Below are positions 22,143 through 34,849 of a stretch of DNA of 64,000 nt, piece after piece. Numbering within the stretch: the stretch's first letter is position 1; the number at the start of each line of letters is the position of its first letter. A program made the translations under genes and the position numbers. Origin of the DNA: an uncultured Nitrososphaeraceae archaeon (GTDB lineage Archaea > Thermoproteota > Nitrososphaeria > Nitrososphaerales > Nitrososphaeraceae); contig CAWGVG010000021.1 in assembly GCA_963825865.1 (NCBI GenBank), forward strand, positions 128,001 to 192,000, given 5' to 3'. Below the pieces are notes generated by a model. That model worked only from the letters and a program-made list of their open reading frames with translations, was not told the DNA's origin and did not search any database.

Positions 22143-22895
22143 TCATATTGTTACTGAAGATAACACTATCAAGGATGAAAGTCTGGTAACTTCATTAGAG
22201 GCACCAATAACATCGCCAGAAATGCCACCAAAGCTTTTGTTTGAAACATATTGTATAACTGCAGCAATTGCTAGAGATACGCTTAATGATGTGAGACTCG
22301 CATAACCACCTCCTACAAACCATATAATAATAAGTGTAATTCCGGTAGCAGTTAATATTTTCCGTTTATCCTTCATAGCAGCCGTAAATGGAGAACTAAA
22401 ACCCTCCCATGCAGATAGTCCACTATAAGCTTGCAGAACCATTATATACTTTGCCGTTACCTCAGCCACAATAATGCTGGTTAACAATTTAAGTCCATAA
22501 TGAAAACTCGATAGTGCTACAATCATACCTACAACATAAAGAATTAAGGCCACAACTCCTGCAGAACCAACTGCAGGGTCATGCATTACCTTTTGTTTGA
22601 ATTCTTTTCCACCTTTTGCCATCAATCCATCAGCAAAATCAGCCAGTGCATCAGTGTGATGAATGCCAGTAATTATTATAAATGCTCCAGTAATTAGAAA
22701 TCCAATTAATGGTGGTTGAAGATAAAATGAAATTCCATATGCTAGGCCTCCAATTAAAACTCCAGTTATTACACCAACGAATGGAAAGAGATACATACTC
22801 TTTGCAATGTGATGAATATTAATATTTGATGATGATTTGGTTACAGGTATTATGGTCAAAAATGAAATGATTGCCACTATCAATCTAAATACCAA
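22143..22895 (-). CDS. cobS: Adenosylcobinamide-GDP ribazoletransferase
   Basis: FLTIIP, TGIHHTDALADFADG, FGGISGDVIGA. Confidence 0.95.
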   Translation of the reverse strand: MVFRLIVAIISFLTIIPVTKSSSNINIHHIAKSMYLFPFVGVITGVLIGGLAYGISFYLQPPLIGFLITGAFIIITGIHHTDALADFADGLMAKGGKEFKQKVMHDPAVGSAGVVALILYVVGMIVALSSFHYGLKLLTSIIVAEVTAKYIMVLQAYSGLSAWEGFSSPFTAAMKDKRKILTATGITLIIIWFVGGGYASLTSLSVSLAIAAVIQYVSNKSFGGISGDVIGASNEVTRLSSLIVLSSVTI

Positions 22896-23871
22896 ATAGT
22901 ATTCCCCACCATCCAGCCAAATATAAAATTGCTATTAAAGGGATAGAGAAAATGACACAAAATAGAATTGTTGTCAATTTCATGATAGAAATTGCAATTT
23001 TACATTTTTCAACTGATGAAGGCTCATATTTCTCTCCTAATGAATAGTAGCCGATTTTTTCAAGCTTAATTCGTAGAGCACCTGCCATTGCGGCCATCGG
23101 ATATCCTGCGTTGGGACTGAAAGTCTTATTATGATCACGCTGCAAAATCGCCAGGGAATTCTTCCAGTCTGCACCAAGTACTCTTGCAGAGATTACTATT
23201 AAAAATGCAGTAATCCTTGCAGGCATATAGTTAGCAATAGTGTCAAGCCTTGCAGACATCCATCCAATGTTCTTGTAGTAATCATCATTGTAACCTAACA
23301 TGGAATCAAGCGTATTAATTGTTCTATAAATAAATGCTCCAGCAGGACCAAAAAATGAATAATAAAATAATGGTGAAACAATTCCATCAACTGTACTTTC
23401 ACCTATGCATTCGATTATTCCTGAAATGACATGTTGTTCATCAAGAGTTTTTGTATTTCTTCTTACTATCATTGATAGATTATATTGTGCATTTTCCAGA
23501 TCGCTTCTTTTTAGTGCACTCATAATTACTCTGGCGTGTTTCTCCATACCTCTTATTGAAATGGTAATTTTCAAAATTAGAGTAGAAAAAATAATTACCT
23601 CAGTTGCTCCAAGTAAATGAAGGATTGTTAATACTATAGAGTGAATCATAAGTCCAAAGGTGATAATTAAGGAAGTTGTAAAAATAAGTCCCTTTGCTCT
23701 TTCTTTCTTTGCAGGATTATTATTATTATTATTGTCTTTTAACTTTGGTACAAAGTATTCTATGAATCTGCCTAACCATGCTACTGGATGATACTTGTTG
23801 GAAGGATCTCCAAATAAAAGGTCGATTGTAACTCCTCCAGCAAGTGCTATAAACAGATATTCTGCCATCAT
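22885..23871 (-). CDS. cbiB: Adenosylcobinamide-phosphate synthase (CobD/CbiB)
   Basis: GDP..HPV, YRTINTLDSMLGY, ARLD..NYMPAR, SPNAGYPMAAMAGAL. Confidence 0.95.
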   Translation of the reverse strand: MMAEYLFIALAGGVTIDLLFGDPSNKYHPVAWLGRFIEYFVPKLKDNNNNNNPAKKERAKGLIFTTSLIITFGLMIHSIVLTILHLLGATEVIIFSTLILKITISIRGMEKHARVIMSALKRSDLENAQYNLSMIVRRNTKTLDEQHVISGIIECIGESTVDGIVSPLFYYSFFGPAGAFIYRTINTLDSMLGYNDDYYKNIGWMSARLDTIANYMPARITAFLIVISARVLGADWKNSLAILQRDHNKTFSPNAGYPMAAMAGALRIKLEKIGYYSLGEKYEPSSVEKCKIAISIMKLTTILFCVIFSIPLIAILYLAGWWGILFGI

Positions 23872-24731
23872 ACTTTGTTCAATTCGATAATCTTTGCCGT
23901 TATTTTTTCTATATCTATACTATCTTTTATCGCCTTTGCAAGAAGGTCGATCTGCCCATCCCATGATTCTTTTGGAAGATCAGATTTATTGGAATTTTTA
24001 CCATTAACAGAATCCTCGTCGGGTAAATTAAAGTCAACTTTTGGTATTACCCCTAAAATTTTTTTTCTAGTTATTTTTTCAACCGATTTTATTGCTGGTT
24101 CCAAAAGTGATCTATCACCACGGAATTTGTTTATGAGAAAACCTATCACCAAATTCCTATGAACCGGCTTTAATAATTTCATAGTGCCGACCATACTTGC
24201 AAAACAACCTCCTCTTTCAATATCTGAAGAAATTATTACTGGTGCACCTACTTTCTCAGCAAGTAACATGTTTGCTACATCATATTTTGAAATATTGATT
24301 TCAGCAGGAGAGCCTGCACCTTCTATCACGACAACATCATTTTCTTTTCTCAGGCTGGCAAGAGCCTTTAAAATAAGTGGGAAACCTTTTTGCAAAATGA
24401 AGCTTTTGTAATATTCTTTTGCATGTATTTCAGAATGAAATTTACCATCCAAAATAACGCTGCTTCGATAGTCTCCAAGTGGCTTTAATAAAATAGGATT
24501 CATTCGTATATCTGGTTCTTTTCTTGAAGCAACTGCCTGAACAGCCTGTGCCCGGGCCATCTTATCTGACGTATCAGTAATAATATAGATATTTGAAGAC
24601 ATGTTTTGAGCCTTGAATGGGGCTACACGATATCCATTGTCGCTGAAAATTCTACAGAATGCAGTAACAATGGTACTCTTACCTGCTCCAGACGAAGTTC
24701 CCTGAACCATAATCACTTTTGCCATTGTCAT
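23868..24731 (-). CDS. cobQ: Cobyric acid synthase (synthetase domain only, 287 aa)
   Basis: MVQGTSSGAGKS, PFKAQNMS, MNPILLKP, EGAGSPAEIN, INKFRGD. Confidence 0.92.
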   Translation of the reverse strand: MTMAKVIMVQGTSSGAGKSTIVTAFCRIFSDNGYRVAPFKAQNMSSNIYIITDTSDKMARAQAVQAVASRKEPDIRMNPILLKPLGDYRSSVILDGKFHSEIHAKEYYKSFILQKGFPLILKALASLRKENDVVVIEGAGSPAEINISKYDVANMLLAEKVGAPVIISSDIERGGCFASMVGTMKLLKPVHRNLVIGFLINKFRGDRSLLEPAIKSVEKITRKKILGVIPKVDFNLPDEDSVNGKNSNKSDLPKESWDGQIDLLAKAIKDSIDIEKITAKIIELNKV

Positions 24732-25862
24732 CTAGCATCAATCGACTCCAGAGCTTCAAGTAGAAGCAAATTTTCCCTATGAGTTTTTACCGCTACACGA
24801 ATATATTCAGAATTCATACCAGTAAAAGTACCTACAGTCTCTAACAAGTACTCCACTTCTCGTCAAGATAGAATCTCTCATTTTTGTAGAGTTTTTATTT
24901 TTTAAATGAATCAAAAAATAGTTTACATCAGATTTACAAGGAGCAAAAGATTGCATTTTTCGCTCTATCTTATACTGCATAAACTTCCGTTCCTTTTTGA
25001 TCATTGCTCTTGCTTTTGTTAGATGTTTTAGATCTTTCAAGGCAATAATTCCGGCCATTTGCGCCAGTCCATTTACATTCCAAGGTATTCGATTAGCAGA
25101 TAGCTGTTTGGCAAGTTTTGGGTTGCTTATACTATAGCCAACTCTTAGACCGGCAAGACCAAAAGATTTTGTCAATGATCGCAAAATTACCAGATTATCA
25201 AATTCCTTTATTTTATTAATCATTGAATGCTGACTATGATGTTCATCATAATCATCATCATCAATAAATTCAATAAAACATTCATCAATTAGAATTTTCG
25301 TGGAACTATCGATATTTTCGATTATTTTTTTAATCGATTTAACTGAAAACAATCCAGTAGGATTATTTGGATTACATAGAAATACAGCATCAAGATTTTT
25401 TGTTTTTTCTACAATAAGTTCAGCATCTAAAGTTAAATTCTTCAGAGGAATGAATAAAATGTCAGCACCTCTTCTTTTCGACGCAAGCTCATACTCACAG
25501 AAAGTTGGAGCAGGGATGATTACCTTATTCCGCACAAATGCTCGAGCAAAGTCATGAATTATTTCGGATGAGCCATTTCCTACAGTAATGCACTCTAAAC
25601 CTAAACCAATATCCAAATAATTCAGTAGGCTTTTTTTTAAATCGATGCATTCAGGATCAGGGTATAATGAAGAAAGTCTAGCTGCATTTTTCTGAATTGA
25701 TTTGAGAGCCATTTTAGAAATTCCAAGAGGATTAACATTGGAACTAAAATCAACTTTGACTAAGCTAGGATTAACCGAATAGACGCCACCATGGGAGCAG
25801 TATGCATTTGATAATATAATTCCTCCCCCATCATTTATGTTGCCTGCTTTTGCATCTACCAT
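24728..25862 (-). CDS. cobD: L-threonine-O-3-phosphate decarboxylase (class I/II PLP enzyme); frameshift near 3' end
   Basis: HGG, DFSSNVNPLG, CNPNNPTG, RSLTKSFGLAGLRVGY; shifted frame gives YIRVAVKT and ends at 24728. Confidence 0.88.
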
Positions 25863-25981
25863 TATTCCAACTTACACGGAAGCTATATTTAGAATATATT
25901 CTTCACTTTGTGTCAAATTATACAATTTTGATATTGTGTGGCTGAAACGAATATTAATTACATGACAACTAATGCCATCCT

Positions 25982-27079
25982 GTGTTAAAAGTTGCGCTTA
26001 TTGGAGCCACGGGTGCTGTCGGGCAAGAATTTGTTGTAGCTCTGAATAAACATCCATGGTTTGAATTAACCCAGATTGCATCATCTCAGAGATCTGTAGG
26101 CAAAAAATATGTTGAAGCTCTACATGATCCAACTTCTGGCATCATAAAATGGCATAATAAAGAACAAATTCCGGAATACGTAAGCGACATGATCGTTAGT
26201 AAGGTCCAAGACATAGATGGAAAAAAATTCGATCTAATATTCACTGCCCTAGAATCAGATGACGCCAAAATAATTGAGCCTAACTTTGCACGATCACTAC
26301 CAGTAATAAGTACCGCTGCCGCTTTTAGATACGAAAATGATGTTCCAATATTGATTCCAGGTGTAAATGACAATCACGCAGAATTACTGAACGTTCAGAG
26401 AAAGAATAGAAGCTGGAAAGGCTTCATTGCTCCGCTACCAAATTGTACTACAACGGGTCTGGCTATCACCCTAAAGCCAATCATGGACAAGTTTGGAATT
26501 GAAAATGTTTTCATGACATCGATGCAGGCAATATCAGGCGCTGGAAGGTCTCCTGGTGTTATTGCCCTCGATATTATGGATAATATCATCCCATATATTC
26601 CAAAAGAAGAGGAAAAAGTTCAGGTGGAGATAAAAAAGATTCTAGGTGATTTGAATGCTAAGACGATTGTTCCTACTCCAATCAAAGTAAGCTGTACATG
26701 TACCAGAGTTCCAGTTTTAGACGGCCATACAGAATCTGTATTCGTCGCAACTAAAAAGCCAACTGAACCAGAGAAAGTAAAGGATGAAATGTTAAAGTTC
26801 TCAAAATCTGTAACAGTCAAAAAATTGCCTACAGCTCCACAAGACTATATCATTGTCCACGATGACCCAGCAAGACCACAACCACGTATAGACAGGGAGA
26901 TTAACGACGGCATGACAACAGTTGTAGGCAGATTAAGAAAAGATACTGTTTTTGATAATGGTATAAAATATGTCTTGTTATCACACAATGAAAAAATGGG
27001 TTCTGCAAAGGGTGCAGTATTACTTGCAGAATTATTGAAGGAAAAAGAGACTCCTTTAGCCCTTTTTTATTATTCTTAA
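25982..27079 (+). CDS. asd: Aspartate-semialdehyde dehydrogenase
   Basis: GATGAVGQ, PNCTT, MQAISGAG, CTRVPVLDGH. Confidence 0.96.
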   Translation: MLKVALIGATGAVGQEFVVALNKHPWFELTQIASSQRSVGKKYVEALHDPTSGIIKWHNKEQIPEYVSDMIVSKVQDIDGKKFDLIFTALESDDAKIIEPNFARSLPVISTAAAFRYENDVPILIPGVNDNHAELLNVQRKNRSWKGFIAPLPNCTTTGLAITLKPIMDKFGIENVFMTSMQAISGAGRSPGVIALDIMDNIIPYIPKEEEKVQVEIKKILGDLNAKTIVPTPIKVSCTCTRVPVLDGHTESVFVATKKPTEPEKVKDEMLKFSKSVTVKKLPTAPQDYIIVHDDPARPQPRIDREINDGMTTVVGRLRKDTVFDNGIKYVLLSHNEKMGSAKGAVLLAELLKEKETPLALFYYS

Positions 27080-27148
27080 AAAAGTTCAACTAAATTTGAA
27101 ATTAATACGTTTATTAATCCCTAAATTAAAGATATAACGGGTTATTAA

Positions 27149-27613
27149 ATGGGAAGAATCGACGATTTAGATCTAAAGATTTTGAGTGAACTTGCCAATG
27201 ATGCAAGTATCTCTGTACCAAAACTTTCAAAAAAGATTAACGTGAATGCGTCGGTTGTTTACAGTAGAATAAAACGACTTATAAAGAGAGGTCTTATCAA
27301 GAAATTTACGATTGTAATTAATGACGAAGCTCTTGGTTTCAATGTAAAAGCCCTTACAGGAATCAACATGGATTCTAAATTGAGAGATAATGTTCTCAAC
27401 GAACTATTCAAAATACCAGAAGTCCGTGAAGTTTCAGAAGTGACAGGGAGATTTGATGTTCTGGTAACAATGAATGCACGCTCTCTTGATGAAATGCACC
27501 AGTTGATCTCTGAAAAAATAGGTCATGCCGAGGGGGTTCAAAAGACAGAAACCTTTATCGAAATGAGAAAGACAGTCCGTGAAGTAATCTATCCGACCTC
27601 TATATCCAAGTAA
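27149..27613 (+). CDS. Lrp/AsnC family transcriptional regulator
   Basis: IDDLDLKILSEL HTH; EVTGRFDV RAM domain. Confidence 0.93.
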   Translation: MGRIDDLDLKILSELANDASISVPKLSKKINVNASVVYSRIKRLIKRGLIKKFTIVINDEALGFNVKALTGINMDSKLRDNVLNELFKIPEVREVSEVTGRFDVLVTMNARSLDEMHQLISEKIGHAEGVQKTETFIEMRKTVREVIYPTSISK

Positions 27614-27701
27614 CCTCTTTCGTTGATTTACCTTTGAAGACATAAATATGTAGATATTGTCTTTTATAACGGATTAAAAAGAAAGAGTTGATATTCACAT
27701 C

Positions 27702-28593
27702 TTGATCCCACAGTTGACAGTAGGCAACCGGGTCAAAAATTATTATGAACTTACAAAACCAAAGATATGGTATTTGCTAGTTTTTACAAGTTTTGGTGCG
27801 GCGTTAACAGCGTCTTTGTTATTTCATATTTCCATTAAACCTTTGACTTGGCTGTTGCTTGTTGGCGGAGTAGCTGCAGGTTCAGCAGCTGCCTGACACA
27901 CTTACAGGCTACAATGATCGTGATATTGATGCGATTATGGACAGGACCAGAGGAAGACCCATTCCATCAGGAAGAATTTCCCCAAAGAATGCATTAGCAT
28001 TTGGTTTAATCTTGGCAGCAATCTCGTTGGTATTTGCATGGTTTATCAATATCTGGGCTATTGCTCTGATGGCCTTTGGATTGTTCGATAACATCATAAT
28101 ATATAGCAAATGGTTGAAGAGAAGGAGCCAAACTAATATCATTTTAGGCGGGTTCTCAGGTGGTGCTCCTGCATTAATAGGATATGTTGCAGTAACAACG
28201 CAAAATATTGAAATTGGTCTAGTTATGGCAGGTCTGGTTTTCTTGTGGATTCCAACCCACATCTGGAGTCTTGCCTTGCATGTTAAAAAGGATTATACAA
28301 GGGCGGGCATTCCAATGCTACCAGTAGTTTCTAGTGAACAGAAATCAGTTCGAGTAATTGCAGGAACAACTTTGATGATGGTTGTATTCAGTATTCTTCC
28401 ATTTTTCTTCAACCAATTTGGATTAATATATTTGATTACTGCAACTGTTTTCGGTGTAGCGATGGTAGCTTTATCTATATGGTTGTTAGTAAAGCCCAGT
28501 GAGAAAGCGTCTTGGACGGTATTCAAATTCTCTAGCCCATATTTGACTGCACTCTTTATTGCGTTTATAATCGATGCAATATTTCATCATTAA
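27702..28593 (+). CDS. ctaB: Protoheme IX farnesyltransferase (frameshift near 27893)
   Basis: YYELTKPKI, DRDIDAIMDRTRGRPIPSG, FLWIPTHIWSLAL, DYTRAGIPMLP. Confidence 0.92.
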
Positions 28594-28594
28594 T

Positions 28595-30822
28595 TGTTGT
28601 ACTACTACACAGATGGGTAACAATTTTGATTACCTACATAGGTTACACTTTCTTGCTTCCTTTTTGTATATGTCTTAGATTTAATTAAACCTTTGTACAA
28701 ACCTTTCAGAAGGAGTAAGACCATTTATTCCACCATGTTCCCTAGTTTCATTATATGCTTTGACAAACATATCATACCTTAGTATTTCCATCATCAATAC
28801 TTGTTATTTCTTCAACTGTCAAGAACTCATTCTTTGACAATCTTGTTATATGCTTCTATCTTTCCTTGTAACTGTGGATATGAATTTGGAATTGGTTTAT
28901 CCTTTATGTTATTACTTATATAGAAAGTGTTTGAATAGTTTAGATGTAAACTGCTTACCGTTGTCATGCATAACTTTCCTGGGCTTTCCGTTATCCATAA
29001 TCCACTCCTCTAGTACATTCAAAAACATCAATGCTCCTCTTTCTTTCAGACCACTTGCTAGCAACTTTTCTTGAACAGTCATCTATACAGCTTATCATGT
29101 AATTTCTTGTGCTAGAACAGCGTACGTAAAATGGTCCAAGTATATCCATTTGAAGCATGTCATTTGGATGTTTCATTGCAAATCGCTTATACTTTCTATT
29201 ATTCTTTACCTTACAGTTTAGAACGTTGAGAGTTATGTTTATTTCAATGTCTTGTATATGGTTCTACTGCTCAATGATACTCCAAGTCTTTTTAATCTGA
29301 ACCTGATTCTAACTACACCAAAGGTCTTTAATCTTAAATCTAAGTATTGTTTCTTCTATTTCTTTAGATACTTGACGATTGGACATAAATCCAGCTCTAT
29401 TATTTTGCAAATATATATTGATGAATTAGGCTAAAGCTATCCTTTGGATGTCTGAATTTGTGATGACATATAATAAAACATCCTCAAAGGACAGCACATG
29501 ATAGTTCAGAATCCATCCTTATTGGTATTCTGTATTTGATAGGCTTGATACCATGGCCAGAATCACAAAAGATGAAAAAAAGAGGTAGACCATACGTCTA
29601 TTCTTCTACTGTCATACTACGATGTTTCATAGTCAGATTGTGGTTTAGAATGGATTCTAACAACGCATTACATGAATTCCTAGGAATGGATTACCCTTAC
29701 AATAAGAAGATAATGAAAAGATGTGGTCTTACCCAAATACCAGATAGACGAACATTTGACAGACGTCTTAAGACCATATCCATAGACATCAAGGAAAGGA
29801 TTGCTACTATGACTAGTCTATTAGTAAATGGGAAGATAATAGACCCTTATATTGTTGCAATAGATAGTACATTGCTCAAAGCCAGAGGACATGTTTGGCA
29901 CAAATCATCTATGGATAAAGGAATAATACCACGTTCAGGTATAGATACAGATGCCAGGTGGGGATTCAGTCATACCAGAGGTTGGATATTTGGTTACAAA
30001 CTACATTTGATATCAAGTACTGGTTCTACCATAGTACCTTTTGCAGCAGATTTTACAACTGCTAATGTACAGGATAATCAAATGTACAATCCTATGATAT
30101 CATCATCATCATCATCTCTGTTCCTAGAAACATGTTTCATGATAGGTGATTCTGGGTATGACGACAATAAACTATATGATTTGAGTACCTAAAAGAGGAT
30201 TTGAACTGGTATGTCCAGTACAAAGGTACAAAAATACCCCAAAGAATAGACTAGAGCTGATACAATTCTATGAATCTGAGTTAGGACAGGCTATTTACTC
30301 TTGGAGAAGTAAATCGTATAAATATAGATAGAACATATTAAATCTATTTTTAGAATAGACCCATTACCGGTAAGAGGCTATCAGAAGGCTGCTTGAATAG
30401 TACTTCTGTCAGTACTACTGTATCAGATCCTTGTCTACTACAATTATAAAACCAGACCTAGTCAACGACCAAAATCAATCAAACACATGTTATGTAGTTA
30501 ATGCAACACTAAATGATAGATGAAAAATATAGAAATGAATTATGCCCATGTCTCAGATACTTTGGTTTTGATGCTATGAGGCCTTCTAGATAGGTCTTTC
30601 AACCCGTCTATTCCGTGCTCTATGTATCTATTTTTCCACTTGTAATATGTCTTCCTAGATATTTCGTATTTATTGCAAATATCGCTAATACTATTACCAG
30701 TCCATTCATGTTCATGAATGAGATTGAATTTTGTTCTAATTTCTATAGAGATTTCCACTTCCTAGCAGAAGTGTTACCTATGTCTGTAAGCTATATTGTT
30801 ACCTATGTTTGTAAGTACAACA
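28595..30822 (-). mobile_element. IS481-family element, degraded, interrupted by a nested IS
   Basis: TGT...ACA ends, ATTAAT duplication (28589-28594, 30823-30828); fragments homologous to 55704-56702. Confidence 0.9.
29374..30554 (+). mobile_element. Nested DDE (DDE_Tnp_1-like) IS with frameshifted transposase (~29478-30500)
   Basis: 8-bp duplication AGATACTT (29366-29373, 30555-30562), weak TIR; AIDST, FGYKLH, GDSGYD motifs. Confidence 0.8.
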
Positions 30823-30823
30823 A

Positions 30824-31546
30824 TTAATAACTCAAAGACAAAGCTTTCTCGCATTCATAAAGTATCCTTGCGATAACAACATGTGCCTCTAATCCAGATT
30901 TTCCAATAGAACATAAACAAGTGAATAACTTACTTATATTGTCAGAGAAATGACCTTTTGGAAATCCACCTATCACAAATGCACAATGGGGATTATTATT
31001 TTGAGCAATATTTTTTGAAACTACTTCTTCAAACGTATGTTGAGCTCCCAGAGTAGAAAGGCCTATCAATTTATTAGGCTTGACTATATTCTTTATCAGG
31101 CTTTCGAACGTAACATTATCATATATTTTTAAAAGAACATTATTATTATTACCTTCCACATTTTTTATAACTCCATCTTTAAACAAATTCATCATTAAAC
31201 CTTCGAAACGAAAATATGATTTTGGTATTCGTAAATTTTCACCAATAAAAATTACTTTATTATTTATGGTGGAGACGTACACTTTTAGTATGCCTTTGAA
31301 AAATAAAGGTGTCGATAATGCCTCCATCAAGGCAAAATGGGTTATATCTGGCCTGCCTCGTTTCCATTCTGATTTCAATCTACATTGTATCATTCAGCAT
31401 GATGGTAACTTCTATCTAGCAGAATTTCTGTGGGCTTTTTGCCAGACTTATGAGCATGTTTTTTGACTGAGGAATGGTGCATAATTTCATTTGGTACAGT
31501 TTCCAACGCAGCCTCAGCGATTACTAACGATACTAGCGGTAGCAAT
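30824..31546 (-). CDS. nep1: rRNA small-subunit pseudouridine methyltransferase Nep1/Emg1 (frameshift near 31395)
   Basis: AEAALETVP...LLDRSYHH, RGRPDITHFAL, RIPKSYFRFEGLM, IGGFPKGHF. Confidence 0.9.
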
Positions 31547-31982
31547 GTGTACAGTAAGTATCTGTGCTTTATTTAGATAGCATATAAGGACAATAGTGCC
31601 TACTTTGTAAGTATTTTAGCCTTTTTTGCAAATACTGTACTAAATTAGTATGTCCTTGACATTAAATTTTCTGTGTTATCAGTGCATAAGATGGATGCAC
31701 TAATATAATCTTAAAAGAAGTTGTGAATAATTTATGAACAAGCATAGAGGAGTTTACCAATTTACTAGTAGGTTGTTTGAAGATTATACGTGGTTTATGA
31801 TATGCTTTTGGGTTAAGAAAGGTTTTGAATACGTTAGTGAATGGCATTATGAACTTATGACACAATTTTAAAACTCCGGAGAGTATAAATAAGAATTTAT
31901 AGTGTGTAGAATACAAAACCCCCTCTCTCCTTTTGTAGCTCCAATTCTTTTAAAGAACGGTAAAAGAATCAATCAAAGGACA

Positions 31983-32249
31983 ATGAGCCTATTTCAAAAT
32001 GGAGAAGATATCCTAACTACAGAGATTGAATCATGGAAAGGTTTTGAATATGCTCTGAGAGAAGAAAATAGAATTCTCTTTGACAAAATGCTTTCTGAAT
32101 GTCAAGAAAATCAAGATTATGTCAGAGCGGCAAACTCTAAAGGAGAGTCATACACAGCCGAATCATTGTTTATGGCTTTGATATTTCAACAGCAAAAAAT
32201 GATTAGTCAGTTAATTGCAAAACTATCTTCTTTAGACTATAAAAAATAG
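31983..32249 (+). CDS. Small helical protein, PolB2-operon-associated (arCOG07300-like) family
   Basis: EIESWKGFEYALREENRILFDKML...ESLFMALIFQQQKMI; paralog at 38525-38779. Confidence 0.6.
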   Translation: MSLFQNGEDILTTEIESWKGFEYALREENRILFDKMLSECQENQDYVRAANSKGESYTAESLFMALIFQQQKMISQLIAKLSSLDYKK

Positions 32250-32288
32250 ATAAATGAAATGCTATTATTATTATTATTAGGATAAGAA

Positions 32289-33173
32289 ATGGTTGACGAA
32301 CTTCTACTAGGCTGTTCAGGATGGAATTATGCGGATACTGCTGACAAAGGAGGATGGACTGGAGTATTCTATCCAGATAGCAATACAAAAAGACTCAGGT
32401 ACTATTCCCAGTTCTTCAATACTGCAGAGATGGATTCTACTTTTTATGAGAAATTCTACACTAATATGACTAAAGGTACATTCATTGGAATGGCTAAAGC
32501 TACGCCAGAGACATTCCAGTTCTCTATTAAGGTTCCAGAGACTATCACACATAAGAAAAGGTTGAATGTCAAACAAGGTGCTATGACAGATTTTGAAGAG
32601 TTTCTTGACAAGATATCTCCCTTGAAAAATTCAAACAAATTGGGTGCTGTACTAATACAACTTCCACCCAGTTTTACCGTTAATGATTTTAGGAATATAG
32701 AAGGCTTCCTTGATAGATTGCCATCATCAGGATGTGATTATGCCGTTGAATTCAGACATCCTTCATGGAAGACTGAAGGTCCATGGGATATGTTAAAGCA
32801 TTACAATATAGCAGCTGTAATGACAGATTCTCCTTCACAGGAAAATCTGCAATTTTTATCTGATGTTACCATAACTACTGCTAGCCATTCTTTCATTAGA
32901 TTTCATGGAAGAAATACTACACAAGGTCATTATTGGTATAATTACCTGTATACAAAAGAGGAGCTAAAGCCATGGGTTGAAAAAGTAGAGCAGGTCAAAA
33001 AAGAGACCAAAGTTCTAAGAGTGTATTTTAATAACCACTATGGTGGAAAAGCTCTTGTTAATGCGCTACAGTTCAAAGAGATGACTTGTGGTACATCATT
33101 ATCAGAGAATGAAAGCAGAGCTTTGGAACATGCGCAGACATATTTAGATAGAGCGCAGATAAAAGACTCATGA
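32289..33173 (+). CDS. DUF72 family protein
   Basis: LGCSGWNY, EMDSTFY, KVPETITH, QLPPSF, YIRFHGR-like, YFNNH. Confidence 0.93.
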   Translation: MVDELLLGCSGWNYADTADKGGWTGVFYPDSNTKRLRYYSQFFNTAEMDSTFYEKFYTNMTKGTFIGMAKATPETFQFSIKVPETITHKKRLNVKQGAMTDFEEFLDKISPLKNSNKLGAVLIQLPPSFTVNDFRNIEGFLDRLPSSGCDYAVEFRHPSWKTEGPWDMLKHYNIAAVMTDSPSQENLQFLSDVTITTASHSFIRFHGRNTTQGHYWYNYLYTKEELKPWVEKVEQVKKETKVLRVYFNNHYGGKALVNALQFKEMTCGTSLSENESRALEHAQTYLDRAQIKDS

Positions 33174-34174
33174 ATCAAGCTTGACATGATTTTTAGGGCT
33201 CTGAAAATTAGACGTTAAGATTGTGGTATAATAATCAACTCTAGCTATTAATAATCATTAATTGTTATTAGGCTAAGGAAACGTATGCTAGACATAGACT
33301 ATGAACTTGTAAGACGGCATTTAAACATGAGATAACTTCTTCATGCTTATGACGCTGGATTTACAGTACTATGCCTATTTTGCAATAGGCCATTTACAGT
33401 CTATTCTCCAACTCCTGAATATATCAGAATAATTCACCATCCTTGTGAAAGAGAAGATAGCATTACAAGAGACCAAAACTGTCCTACATGTAGCCAATTA
33501 AATAAAATTATTTGGGATAAAGACCATAATCTGTCATTTAATAGAGTCTGAAGATCTCCTCTCAAAATATCTTGCCATGATTGATCTATGAGTAAAATCT
33601 TTCTTGCATTGCAACGCTTTAACTGTTGTTGGACCCTGTTAATGTTGCGTCAGCAGAATCAAATAAATTGTAAAACTTAACTACTTCATCTTGTATAGCA
33701 TTACCATAAGGAAATTTTATTGAGAAGGTACCATTGAAGTTTGTGAGGAATCAACGGCCGGCGACATGGCTGTGGCACATTAGTAATATTAAAAAGTAAA
33801 TGATAGTGTGAAGATCAATCATTAAGGTATTGGATTAAACCAAAACTGTATCTCTATATATATATATATAATATAGTTGATTACTGGATTTATTATATTC
33901 CCAATCTATTACTTGAAGTAGGCCTCTTTTTTCTATAATCTATAAGTTGAGATTATAGAGAAACATATTTTAAAACTCATATATCCCACTATGCAATATG
34001 ATGTTATTTCTTCATTATCTAATAAATCCAGAATAAATGTTAGAAGAGGAAGAGGGAACGAAAGAGCATATAGTCCAAGACTTCAGGACTTTAAAAGAAG
34101 AAGCAGTAGTAGTAGCAATAGTAGTATTAACAGTGTTAATGATGCAGAAAGGGAAATAGAACCTCAAAGAAGCT

Positions 34175-34670
34175 TTGCAGAGCAGACGTATGGATGATAT
34201 TTTTGATACTTTTAGAAATGATATAGAGCATATGATGGATCCCTTGTCGTCATCATCTATATGGGATTGGCGGTTTCCATCTGTGTTTAGGGGAAGAGAC
34301 CAAGAAGAAGAAGCAGACGACATGATGGTGAGAATGCCAATTTTTGATATGGTTGATAAAGGAGATAGATATGAGTTAAAAGTAGAAATACCCGGAATTG
34401 AAAAAGAAAAGATAAAAGTTAAAGCAACAAAAGACTCAGTTGAAATTTCTGGCGAACAATCAGAAGAAGAAAAATCAGAAGACAAAAGAAAGAGATATGT
34501 TTACATTGAAGTTATACAGCTCATTCTACCGTAATATTCCAGTTCCAGAGGAGATTGTATCTTCAAAGGTTAGCGCTAAAATGAGTAACGGAATATTACA
34601 TGTTGACATTCCAAAAAAGAACCCTACAAAAACAGAACAAGAGGAAGCAACAACTGTAGAGATTAAATGA
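34175..34670 (+). CDS. Hsp20/alpha-crystallin small heat-shock protein (frameshift near 34510)
   Basis: DMVDKGDRYELKVEIPGIEKEKI; FYRNIPVPEEI...AKMSNGILHVDIPK. Confidence 0.88.
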
Positions 34671-34849
34671 TATGGTCTGCTCTGACGTAAAACTACGAAC
34701 AGAACATTCAAACAGTAATTCACCACACCCTAGACATGCCAAAAATGTAGTCCAAGTATACAACATGTATAGTGTTGGATAGATAGAACAAAATAATGAA
34801 AAATTAATATTTTCAATAGCTGATAAGTTAGTAATAAGTTGATAGGAAA

